This document shows, piece by piece, positions 19,489 to 28,930 of a DNA stretch of 64,000 bases. The translations under genes and the position numbers were made by a program. The notes under the pieces are model-generated. The model did not search any database. It worked only from the letters and a program-made list of their open reading frames with translations, and was not told where the DNA came from. Within the stretch, counting starts at the first letter, position 1. Every line of letters starts with the position of its first letter. The stretch comes from a virus: positions 1 through 64,000 of the IMG/VR virus record IMGVR_UViG_3300033182_000769; one strand, 5' to 3'.

Positions 19489-20342
19489 ATTAACTCCATA
19501 AGTGCATCAATGTTTCTCACAATACTTTTCTTATTCATGATATGAACATCTACACCGTTTGTTGACAAAGCAATAAATTTTTCATTTACGTTTGGCGATG
19601 ACAAGAACACTAATCTATCTTTTTCGACTGAATGTAGTATATCCTTATCTGGGATTGACAACACTGGCGGTAATTCAATTCCTGTTCCTTCTTCAAAACC
19701 ATTAAAAATGTGTTTCGCTACACTAAATGATATATCATTCCTATAGATCCTGTCATCAAATCTATATAAATCTGCTAAAACTTTATAATTATCTCTTACA
19801 TACTCAATTAAGTCAAAAAACTTTTTAGTTTCACTGTTTTTTGTAAACATTACCATTGTTGCCCAATATAATTTTATGCCAGTGTCTGAAACATACCTAT
19901 CATGATAACCAATTCTATTCCCTAAAATATCATTATAAGATTGAGATATAATAATATCTTCATCAATATCCCAGTACTCGCCAATTTGATTTGAAAAAAT
20001 TAAAAAATCGCAGTCAATCATTAACGTTCTATCATAAGGAGTAATGTCCCATACCGAACATCTATTGCCATTGTTAAACGGAACAACAACATTGGATGTT
20101 CCGTCGTGCAGTTTTCTTGTATTATCTGCATCTGGTCGGTCAACTATAATGATGTGTTCAAATACTTCCTGTGCTTTACTGTAAATATTTGATTCTTTCA
20201 TCCAATCAATTGTCGACTCGTCTGTTGCGAGAGAGACTGGAACTTTTAAATTCTTCTTTGCTAACCCACCTGCTACTGTTGCCATTAGGGCGTAATCGAT
20301 TTCACGATTATTATGTGCAAAAATTAATACACCTTTATTCAT
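19485..20342 (-). CDS. GT8-like glycosyltransferase (paralogue)
   Basis: TPYDRTLMIDCDF (DxD) and YRNDISFSVA motifs. Confidence 0.62.
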   Translation of the reverse strand: MNKGVLIFAHNNREIDYALMATVAGGLAKKNLKVPVSLATDESTIDWMKESNIYSKAQEVFEHIIIVDRPDADNTRKLHDGTSNVVVPFNNGNRCSVWDITPYDRTLMIDCDFLIFSNQIGEYWDIDEDIIISQSYNDILGNRIGYHDRYVSDTGIKLYWATMVMFTKNSETKKFFDLIEYVRDNYKVLADLYRFDDRIYRNDISFSVAKHIFNGFEEGTGIELPPVLSIPDKDILHSVEKDRLVFLSSPNVNEKFIALSTNGVDVHIMNKKSIVRNIDALMELI

Positions 20343-20685
20343 TGATCAACTTTTCTACCGAACGTGCCTTTTTAATTTTCTGATATTCTTCAAAATATTC
20401 ATTAGTTGCTGTAAAATATCGATCAAACACTTCGTTTTTAAAATTTTCCAAATCGTCAACTAAAACAGGATTGTCATTCACATCTAATAAAATAACACCA
20501 GATGTTCTTCCTGCGTCGCATAACATTTGTACAAATGTTAATAATGTTCTATCAATCTTAAATAGTCCGCCTCCGTAACCAAATGTTAATCTTGCATCGA
20601 TTTTTTCTTTAAGAGTTTTACGTTGTACAGATAATGTCTGTCTATAATTTGAAAATTCAAGGGCTTCTTTGAGTTGAGTATGCAT
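20335..20685 (-). CDS. Hypothetical protein
   Basis: ATG at 20685 with AGGAG RBS, downstream of an ATAAATA box. Confidence 0.7.
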   Translation of the reverse strand: MHTQLKEALEFSNYRQTLSVQRKTLKEKIDARLTFGYGGGLFKIDRTLLTFVQMLCDAGRTSGVILLDVNDNPVLVDDLENFKNEVFDRYFTATNEYFEEYQKIKKARSVEKLINE

Positions 20686-20714
20686 GGATTCTCCTAAATA
20701 TAATAATAGCACTT

Positions 20715-20721
20715 TATTTAT
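20715..20721 (-). promoter_or_regulatory. Late-promoter-like box heading the glycosyltransferase/radical SAM operon
   Basis: TATTTAT on + equals ATAAATA on -. Confidence 0.6.
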
Positions 20722-20748
20722 AGGAGTAGTGCTTTCAGGAGAAAATTT

Positions 20749-21690
20749 TTACTCAGTTGTGAAAGAAAGAAATGTAACTTGCGGAGTTTCTACCGTAAAC
20801 CATCCAGTGCCTGGCGGTTGTAACGTTCCGAATGCTTCGACTGTTTGACAAGATACAGTAAATGTGCCATCAACAGTGTCTGGTCCAGCGCCTACAGCAT
20901 AGTGACCATCGTAGAATGAAACTTTAAATACAATTGTTGCGGCTTCACCGTCTGAGTTAATGGCAATTCCTGGCGTTGACGAATAAATTCTGTATTGGTT
21001 ATCACCATACGGTGTTGTTGAATTTGTAGAATACCAAGGACTAATTGGATTATCTGTATTTCTAAAAAAGTTCTGTCCATCTGCAGGACTTGTGCCACCA
21101 GCAGGAAATGCGCCGCCAAACCCTTGTGTTCCGGCAGCATTTAATAAATTAGTCCATGATGTATTTTGGTTGTGTGTCGAACCGCCTGTTCTTGATGCAC
21201 TGAAACTTACATATGAACCTGTATTGAAAAAGAATCTTGCCGCGTCTGCTGAAGACCACGTAACACTAACATAACACACTAATTCGTCGGCATTTGCTCC
21301 AACACCCCAGGTACCATTATATGTTGATGATCCGTGGTTTGTTGAAGTTTGCTGACTAAGAGGGGGGACAGATAATCGATCCGCAACTAACGAATCGGCA
21401 ATTTGATCCCAATATGTTACAGGAGCATCTGATAAGTTATATCTTATTTTTCCGCCTTCGATTACAGGAGGAAGTGTTGGGGGTGAACCGTTTTGATGAG
21501 TATAGGCATTAATAATATCGTATTTTAATGCTCCCCATTCGTTGATTGTAATTCTGTCGCCTTCTACAACTGATGGACTTAGAACTGTTTGGCCGTAACC
21601 TGTATTGCTCACACCGGTTCCGAGTACGCTAATGACTTTATTGCGTATTGTGTTATACTCATTTTCGGTGATAATGTCATTAACTGCCAT
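20749..21690 (-). CDS. Virion structural protein (paralogue of 21717-22622)
   Basis: Shares YNTxRNK, GYGQ, ARFFFNxG and RTGG..QNxxWTNLL; AGGAGG RBS; TAAATA at 21705-21710. Confidence 0.7.
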   Translation of the reverse strand: MAVNDIITENEYNTIRNKVISVLGTGVSNTGYGQTVLSPSVVEGDRITINEWGALKYDIINAYTHQNGSPPTLPPVIEGGKIRYNLSDAPVTYWDQIADSLVADRLSVPPLSQQTSTNHGSSTYNGTWGVGANADELVCYVSVTWSSADAARFFFNTGSYVSFSASRTGGSTHNQNTSWTNLLNAAGTQGFGGAFPAGGTSPADGQNFFRNTDNPISPWYSTNSTTPYGDNQYRIYSSTPGIAINSDGEAATIVFKVSFYDGHYAVGAGPDTVDGTFTVSCQTVEAFGTLQPPGTGWFTVETPQVTFLSFTTE

Positions 21691-21716
21691 CTTTCCTCCT
21701 GTTATATTTACCCGGA

Positions 21717-22622
21717 TTAAGTGGCTGTAATACTGCTAAGTGAATATGACGTAGGCGGTGCAACTGTAAATGTACCCGTTGGTTGTAAATATCCTGAAGC
21801 AAGAATTTCTTGCACGTATAAAGTTAATGTTCCGTCGACTAAATCGCCCGGAGCAGGTGGCCCTTCATCTTGATAACTGTCATCCCATGTTACTCTAATC
21901 GTAACTTGTTTTGCAGTTCCAGTAGCGTTATTTGCAACATCGCATTTTGCTTCTAATCGAAATGCGTTTGCCGAATACGGCGTAGTTGCTGTTTCTTGAT
22001 AATAAGTTTGATAGTTATTTGTTAATGTAAAATAATGTACGTCTTGTGTTGTACTCGCACCAAAATCTTGCTCACCTACTGTTGAAAGTAAGTTAGTCCA
22101 AGCATTATTTTGCTGAGAGGAAGTTCCACCTGTTCGTGTAGAACTTAAACGCACCTTTCCTCCTGAGTTAAAAAAGAATCTTGCTTGTTCTGATGTAGCA
22201 AAGTCCACAGTAACAGTCATTGAAGCATTTGTGCTCCATGATGAAGTATATGTTTCCGAACCTTTGCTTGATAAAATATACTGGCCTGTAGCCAGTGTAA
22301 ATCTATTCTGTCTTGCTGCGTCAATTAATGTATTATAATTGACATACGCATCTGCTGCGCTATATCTAACAACACCACCTGTTACGGTACCTGCTTCAAC
22401 AATTGTAGGAAACACACCGTTTTGGTGGACCTTAATATTAACAATGTCGTAACGTAGCCCGTCCCACTGAGACTTAAGAACGGTCTGCCCTTGGAGGACA
22501 GATTGGCTCTTTACGCTTTGTCCATAACCATAAGATCCAGCACCCGTTCCAATAACTTCAATAATCTTGTTTCGGAGGGTGTTATAATCTAATGCTGTAA
22601 TTTGAGTGTTTATACCAGCCAT
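21717..22622 (-). CDS. Virion structural protein
   Basis: Thr/Ser/Gly-rich beta-type protein within the tail module. Confidence 0.7.
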   Translation of the reverse strand: MAGINTQITALDYNTLRNKIIEVIGTGAGSYGYGQSVKSQSVLQGQTVLKSQWDGLRYDIVNIKVHQNGVFPTIVEAGTVTGGVVRYSAADAYVNYNTLIDAARQNRFTLATGQYILSSKGSETYTSSWSTNASMTVTVDFATSEQARFFFNSGGKVRLSSTRTGGTSSQQNNAWTNLLSTVGEQDFGASTTQDVHYFTLTNNYQTYYQETATTPYSANAFRLEAKCDVANNATGTAKQVTIRVTWDDSYQDEGPPAPGDLVDGTLTLYVQEILASGYLQPTGTFTVAPPTSYSLSSITAT

Positions 22623-24388
22623 TATAATACCGCTACTTCAATCAGTTTGATTCCTTCTTCGTTGTTACTTTCTAACGCAATGCCAAATACATTTTCGCCG
22701 GATCCTGCAACGGCATAACCGTTACTTCCTGCTACTAACCGTTGTCCTTTCTTAATTGCTCCACCTACTTTACAAGGTACACGCCCCTTAAGTGCAATGT
22801 ACTGTCCTTCTGCTTCGCTATTCATCATGTATGCTGGATTTGTTGATACAACACCAAGTGCTCTATCTCCTGCTTTACAGGCTTCAACATCATGTCCTTC
22901 GTAATCGCAAATACTAACAACTGTTCCTGCATCATAGTGTTTGTCTGTAGAGTATTTTTCTGCTAAGTCAGCGTAACGTGCTGCTGTTGCAGTGCCTTCA
23001 AATAAAACAGCAAGTAAGTTTCCTGAACCGTCTCTGGCAGCAATTGAGTTTGCTGTTGCAGTTGTTTTTGCTGTTCTGTACGACGGATCAGTATCTGTTG
23101 CTGTATTATCAATCTTAATTCTATCTGCTTTATCGGTTGTACCAATAAATTGTGTTGCATATAAATTACCATATGCATCACGTATAGGAACAGATGTTTT
23201 ATCAGGATCAGTTGGAATTGCTTGTGCCGGAGCAATTGAATTTAACTTATCTGAGTTTGATGCAGTACCGGTTAAGTTACCAATAACTGATCCTGTTAGT
23301 GTTCCTTGTAAACTTGCGCCCGAGTAACCAATAATCTTAGTATCGGCGTTAACCATAATGGTTGTGTCATTTGCTAACAAATTACCTTTACTTGTGCCTG
23401 TGCTATTACCAGTAACATTACCAATAATATCACCGTGGAATGTTGTAGCGTATGCGTCAGTCCACTTTAAATCTTCACTTCCAAAAGTAAAGTATTCGTC
23501 TGTTCCTGGAAAAATGCCGTCTTGTGTGATGTTTACAACATTTCTGATGTCTGTAGGACTTACTGTAATTCTAAAACGAAGCGGATTACCTAAGCGACTT
23601 TCAAAATAGATTTCGTCATCGTTCTCAACACGTAAACGAAAATCTGGAGCATTACCTAAGGTATAGCCTGTGTCTTGGAAGTTAATTTCTTCGTCAAAAC
23701 TAATGCTACCTTTTTGTAGATAGTTCTCAGCAAGAATACCTCCTAACCTTAAAGAGTTAGATGCAGAACCCCAATAAACATAATCTGTGCTAACACCGGA
23801 AGAGTTAGTTTTAGCAAGAGTGATACCTTTCTTAATTTCTGTAAAGTCATCAATTGGGTTCAACGTAGGGTTAAGAGTAAATGCTGTTTGGCTAATAATT
23901 CCTACTGTTTTACCAGCAGCAATCATCTTTAAGATAGTGTGGTTGGTATTTGTAATATCTTTAACAACTTGAGCGGAAACTAAACTTGCACCAAGTGATG
24001 ATGATGCTTCAGGACCAACAAGAATAAATTCTGTACCTGACCAAGTATACAATTGTTTAGCAGAGCTATCCCACCAAAATTCACCAACGCTTAAATCAGT
24101 TGGTGCTGAATCCGAAACTTCTGCACCGTTAACAACCTTCCACTTAGAACCGTCATAAAATCTTAACTTTTTATTACCACTATCATACCAAATTTGGCCT
24201 GTTACAGCCTTTGGCGGAGCAGTTGTGTTAGCAAAATGCTCCATCATATGTAAAAAGTTTTCGTTCTGTACTTCACCGTAACCGGCGTAGTTTTTACCTA
24301 CGAAACGAATATCAGTAGTGGTATCAATTGTACCATCTTCTACTGACGCTAAAAACGTCCCGTTAAATCTATCAACTTGATATGCCAT
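22622..24388 (-). CDS. Tail fibre protein with C-terminal intramolecular chaperone-like domain
   Basis: Shared fibre N-terminus; C-terminal ARYADLAEKY..GTVV..GVVSTNPAYMMN..ALKGRVPCKV; ATAAATA at 24416-24422. Confidence 0.75.
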   Translation of the reverse strand: MAYQVDRFNGTFLASVEDGTIDTTTDIRFVGKNYAGYGEVQNENFLHMMEHFANTTAPPKAVTGQIWYDSGNKKLRFYDGSKWKVVNGAEVSDSAPTDLSVGEFWWDSSAKQLYTWSGTEFILVGPEASSSLGASLVSAQVVKDITNTNHTILKMIAAGKTVGIISQTAFTLNPTLNPIDDFTEIKKGITLAKTNSSGVSTDYVYWGSASNSLRLGGILAENYLQKGSISFDEEINFQDTGYTLGNAPDFRLRVENDDEIYFESRLGNPLRFRITVSPTDIRNVVNITQDGIFPGTDEYFTFGSEDLKWTDAYATTFHGDIIGNVTGNSTGTSKGNLLANDTTIMVNADTKIIGYSGASLQGTLTGSVIGNLTGTASNSDKLNSIAPAQAIPTDPDKTSVPIRDAYGNLYATQFIGTTDKADRIKIDNTATDTDPSYRTAKTTATANSIAARDGSGNLLAVLFEGTATAARYADLAEKYSTDKHYDAGTVVSICDYEGHDVEACKAGDRALGVVSTNPAYMMNSEAEGQYIALKGRVPCKVGGAIKKGQRLVAGSNGYAVAGSGENVFGIALESNNEEGIKLIEVAVL

Positions 24389-24421
24389 TTTAGTTCTCTT
24401 CCTGGTTGCTCTTTATATTTA

Positions 24422-24784
24422 TTACAAATCTACCACTCGTTGGGCAGCATCTTCTCTTTGCTGTTCTAACGCCAAATATTCCGCTTCTGACATTGTAGTA
24501 GTGATTCCTAATGCTTTCTGTCTAATGTGCCTTAACACTTTCCAGTCAGTGCTATTTAAGAATTCTCTCTCTTGACCATTGGCAACTTCGGTTGCTTTTT
24601 GTTCAATTACTTCGGCACTAACCGAAACCACACTCCTTGATTCTACATCAAAATAATGAGTCTGGTCTACAATACTATTATGCTCTTCATCAGTAATTGT
24701 TACAATTGTTACTGTTTCGGGAACATTTGGCTCATAATTTAAAATTGATGCAATCTCATTATTTTCTATGCAAACGTAATACAT
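24422..24784 (-). CDS. Tail fibre assembly chaperone-like protein
   Basis: C-terminal FLNSTDWKVLRH motif; follows a fibre gene; ATG at 24784 with GGAG RBS. Confidence 0.55.
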   Translation of the reverse strand: MYYVCIENNEIASILNYEPNVPETVTIVTITDEEHNSIVDQTHYFDVESRSVVSVSAEVIEQKATEVANGQEREFLNSTDWKVLRHIRQKALGITTTMSEAEYLALEQQREDAAQRVVDL

Positions 24785-24785
24785 A

Positions 24786-27035
24786 TTAACTCCATACTGC
24801 CAACCAGTTTGCGGCCGGTGTGCTTCTTTGCTCTGTATTCTGTACATATACTCTAATTCTGTCTCCTAAATTAGACCATGTACAACGTAAACTATCGTTG
24901 CCGTCTACACCGCCTGCGTAATGAATTACAGCAATCGACGGCATGAACGCAATTAAGTTGCCCATTGATTTTCCACTTGGCGGAAACACATCAAAATAGT
25001 TTCTACTATTATTCCAACTACCTACTTGGTTTGTATAGCCCGAAGTACTATATTGTGTATTACCGTATGTAATGTTTGAAGTAGATGCTACGCTGTCGAC
25101 ATATTGTTTTGTTGCAGCGTGTAAGTTATTAACCGGATTACCGTTTAATGTTAGATAACCGCTCATTGAGCCGCCGCTCAACGCAACTTTATTTGGATCA
25201 GTAGCATTAATTGTAATATTGCCAGTGCCATCAAACGGCACGCCGTTTATTGATCTTGGTGTTTGTAATCTTGTAGCGGTAGTTGAATTGCCAGTAACAT
25301 TACCTACCAAGTCCGCTGTAATTCTACGAGCAGAGAAATCTCCGTTGCCGTCTCTGGCTACAACCTTTAAACCTACGTTGCTTGGTGTAGCATCAACTGA
25401 CCATGTAGTTGAAGTGTTACCATCATAATCTAAACCTGTTAGATAATTACCTCTATCAAGCGTGGCAAACACTGTGGCACCCCAAACCGGTGCGCCTGTT
25501 CCGCTACAACGTAAAACTTGTCCCGGTGCACCCGGTGCAACAAATGCTGTTGTACTTGCCGCTGACTGGTATGGTAACGCACCTGCCGCACCACCGTTAA
25601 CATTATTAGCATAGGTAGCAACTGTTGCTGTATCTGCATTACCGGTCAAGTCTCCAACCACATCGGTAGCATATAATTTGTTAAATGGCTTAGCACTATG
25701 GCCTAAATTAATATTAGACCCGGCAGCAATTGAAGGTAGATTTTCTCCCCCTTGAGACAGTGCAGTAGGCGCTGACCATAATTGTAAGAATGTACTTGAA
25801 TCAGGGCCTTCGATTGTTAATCCCGACGGCGCTGAAATTGTAGCACCTGATCCAGTACTAATTGATAACTGTCCTAAACCTACATTAATACCTGTATCTG
25901 CAACATTTAAATGCGTCAAAGTTCCAAGAACTTCTAAACTTGATTTAGTTACAGTATTTTTAATTGTATCTCCCACCAGTGTATTTGCATCTGCAGGCAC
26001 ATTAATATTGCTTGTACCGTCAAACGGTACGCCATTAATTGTTCTGGTGGTTTGTAATTTAGTAGCACTAAAAGCATTACCGCTTAATGATGCTCCAATG
26101 AATTCGTTTGCTCTAACAATACCAAATGTGCTTGTACCTGAACTGGTAACATTACCTTGCAAGTTACCTAAAACGTCTGCTGTAATTGTTCCTGCTTTAA
26201 AATTACCACTTGAATCACGTGCAACAACAGTACCAATAATGTTATTTGGTGTTGCATCAACATCCCAGCGCACAGGATTGTAACCATTAAAATCTGTACC
26301 TCTTACATAATCACCCGCTTCAAGGTATCCGTGTGTAGTAGCACTTATGGTAATATCTGCTGTTCCATTAAAACCTACACCGTTAATTTGCCTGGTTTTG
26401 TCTAACTGTGCAGCTCTTGTTGCTACACCATCTAAGTTTCCTTTATAGGTATTTGCAATGTCTGATAATGTAAAGCCTTGTGCAATTACATCAAATCCTG
26501 GAATGGCTTCTTCTGGAGAAATACTAAATGGATTGGATGAAAATATTGCTGTTACTAACCCGTTAACAATAATTTGAATAACAGGATAGCGTCTATTATC
26601 TTTACCTAAAATTGTAGTAGAATGAGCCTGTGTAGTGTCAAACCCTTCAGCAACTTCTGGTCCAACTAATAACCAATCAGTACCTGTCCATACGTGTAAA
26701 GATAAGTCTGGTTGTTTTAACCAAAAACTACCTTCTGCTGGATTTTCAGGAGCAGCATCAGCAGGTACAGCATTGCCAACAGGTGACCAATACTGTCCAT
26801 CATACACATATAAGTTATTAGTTGATGTATTAAACCAAGTTTGTCCTGACACAGGTCTGCTTGGTGAAATTTCATTTGAGAAATTTTCTAATAAGTACAG
26901 AAAATTCTCATTCTGTAGTTCACCGTATCCAATATAATTTCTTCCAACAAGACTTATGCTTGTAGAAGTATCTACAGTTGCATCGGCAAGTGAAGTTAAC
27001 TCTGCTCCACTATACCTGTTTATAATATATGCCAT
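24786..27035 (-). CDS. Tail fibre protein with internal repeats
   Basis: Three RxINGVxFxGT repeats, AATKQYVD motif, shared fibre N-terminus. Confidence 0.8.
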   Translation of the reverse strand: MAYIINRYSGAELTSLADATVDTSTSISLVGRNYIGYGELQNENFLYLLENFSNEISPSRPVSGQTWFNTSTNNLYVYDGQYWSPVGNAVPADAAPENPAEGSFWLKQPDLSLHVWTGTDWLLVGPEVAEGFDTTQAHSTTILGKDNRRYPVIQIIVNGLVTAIFSSNPFSISPEEAIPGFDVIAQGFTLSDIANTYKGNLDGVATRAAQLDKTRQINGVGFNGTADITISATTHGYLEAGDYVRGTDFNGYNPVRWDVDATPNNIIGTVVARDSSGNFKAGTITADVLGNLQGNVTSSGTSTFGIVRANEFIGASLSGNAFSATKLQTTRTINGVPFDGTSNINVPADANTLVGDTIKNTVTKSSLEVLGTLTHLNVADTGINVGLGQLSISTGSGATISAPSGLTIEGPDSSTFLQLWSAPTALSQGGENLPSIAAGSNINLGHSAKPFNKLYATDVVGDLTGNADTATVATYANNVNGGAAGALPYQSAASTTAFVAPGAPGQVLRCSGTGAPVWGATVFATLDRGNYLTGLDYDGNTSTTWSVDATPSNVGLKVVARDGNGDFSARRITADLVGNVTGNSTTATRLQTPRSINGVPFDGTGNITINATDPNKVALSGGSMSGYLTLNGNPVNNLHAATKQYVDSVASTSNITYGNTQYSTSGYTNQVGSWNNSRNYFDVFPPSGKSMGNLIAFMPSIAVIHYAGGVDGNDSLRCTWSNLGDRIRVYVQNTEQRSTPAANWLAVWS

Positions 27036-27053
27036 CCAAACGCTCCTAATCTA

Positions 27054-28916
27054 TTATGGTGGAAGTACCGTGTCAGAAATATGTGTCCAAACATTGGCTA
27101 CAATTCTAAACTCTTTAATAATACGTGTTGTTGATATCGAAGCCGGTGAAACATTTGCTTGCGCAATCGCAACGTTTGTAACCGCAGGGGCTGTACCAGT
27201 TGGTGTTACAAATGTTGCTGTACTTTGGCTTACTAACGGATCGATATCTAAATTTGTTGAAGAATTTGACAAAAGTGTACATAAAATTCTTGCTATTGTT
27301 CCATCTCTATATTCCGAAACAGGGGCAATATTGTTTAAAATATTTGTAACAATATAACTATTTGGTTTACCGTCTGTTAAGTCCATACTTAAGACAATTG
27401 ATCGTGTTTCTGCAACATCATCAACATATTCTTTTGTAGCAGCATCTTGCTGATCTACAGGATTCTGAAGACCGGTAATTTTTGGACTTCCTAAAAGAGC
27501 AATATTACCAGTTCCGTCTGGTTGTAACTCTAAATCTAAATTGCCTTTAGTTGTATAGATTGTATTTCCTACCAAACGCATTTCTGTGTTTGCAGGCGGA
27601 ACCGATGGTGTAGTTACGCCATCCGGACCAATGTCAACCCAAACCTGAGGACCAAAGTTGCTTACATTTGGAATAGATGTGCCGTAGAATGTGGTTGAAT
27701 CTAATACATCGTTTCCGTCAATTTTAAACTTCTTATTAATGGCTAAATTTATATGTTCTGAACTTGTCCATGCCGAACTTGCTAATGCAGGCACGTCTCC
27801 GTCTGCTGCCTCTCCGTTTTGAGACCATAATAAAATATGAGGAGTCGCGCCATCAAGTATGATACCGCCACCGTCTGCTGCTTCGTCTGTAGGAGTAACG
27901 CCTTCTTGCCTTGCTAACTGAATATTTTTATCTTCAATTGTTAAAGTTTCTGCGTTAACTGTTGTAGTTTCACCGTTAACTGTTAAGTCGCCTTCAATCG
28001 TTACATTGCCGCCAAAGTTAGCATTACTATCCGCTGCTCCTTCGTAGAAGTCAATTGTTCTCAAACCTGCTTGAATTAGAATAGCATTTTCTTGGGTAAT
28101 TCCTCGTCTAACGTTTATTGATAAGTTTTTATCAGATGCTGCGTTTGAAAGGAAAACATTACCAGCAGTAACAGTTAAGTTTGCTTGGCCTGCACTTCCA
28201 ACAACAATACCCAGGTCAGTGTTAATACGAACCTGTCCTTCAATTTGGTTTGAAGTATCTTTTCGTACATAAGTAACAGCCGGAATACCACCTAACTGCT
28301 CTGAATTTGTTGATGTTACGTTAAATTTAATACCTGCTAATGTTCCTGCATTGAAACCAGGATAAATGTTTCCGCTAAAACCTTCAATTAAGTTCTTAGG
28401 TGTAAATGTGTCTTTTGCAAAAATACCTAATAGTATACCATTAGTATACATATAAGTTACAACACGAGTTTGGTTTAGCGTATCAAGGATGCTGTCAACT
28501 TTAAATCCCGACACTCCTTGAGTTTCGGAATATGCAGGTCCTAAAAGAATAGTTTCTGTGCCGTCAAAGAAATATAATTGTTTTGATGTATCATTGAACC
28601 ACAGGTCTCCAACACCGAGCGTAGTAGGTTGTGTATTTGCAATTGTTGCAGAGCTAACTGGCAAAAATGCCTGACCGCTATAAACTTTTAACTTCAGCTC
28701 TGAAGCGTCAAACCACACCTGTCCTCTAACAGGATGTAATGGCTCTGATGTACCTGAAAAATTTTCAAGTAACTTAATAAAGTTTTCGTTAAAATATTCA
28801 CCGTAACCGCTATAGTTTTTACCAACTAACGTTAAGTCTGTTGACAATGTATCAATTTGGCCGTCAGCCACTGTAGCAATTATAGTTCCATCTGTTTTAT
28901 TAATTTGATATGCCAT
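27054..28916 (-). CDS. Tail fibre / baseplate-associated protein
   Basis: Shared fibre N-terminus; GDLTVNGETTTVN..IEDKNI and DAATKEYVD motifs. Confidence 0.75.
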   Translation of the reverse strand: MAYQINKTDGTIIATVADGQIDTLSTDLTLVGKNYSGYGEYFNENFIKLLENFSGTSEPLHPVRGQVWFDASELKLKVYSGQAFLPVSSATIANTQPTTLGVGDLWFNDTSKQLYFFDGTETILLGPAYSETQGVSGFKVDSILDTLNQTRVVTYMYTNGILLGIFAKDTFTPKNLIEGFSGNIYPGFNAGTLAGIKFNVTSTNSEQLGGIPAVTYVRKDTSNQIEGQVRINTDLGIVVGSAGQANLTVTAGNVFLSNAASDKNLSINVRRGITQENAILIQAGLRTIDFYEGAADSNANFGGNVTIEGDLTVNGETTTVNAETLTIEDKNIQLARQEGVTPTDEAADGGGIILDGATPHILLWSQNGEAADGDVPALASSAWTSSEHINLAINKKFKIDGNDVLDSTTFYGTSIPNVSNFGPQVWVDIGPDGVTTPSVPPANTEMRLVGNTIYTTKGNLDLELQPDGTGNIALLGSPKITGLQNPVDQQDAATKEYVDDVAETRSIVLSMDLTDGKPNSYIVTNILNNIAPVSEYRDGTIARILCTLLSNSSTNLDIDPLVSQSTATFVTPTGTAPAVTNVAIAQANVSPASISTTRIIKEFRIVANVWTHISDTVLPP

Positions 28917-28930
28917 TTATCTTCTCTACC

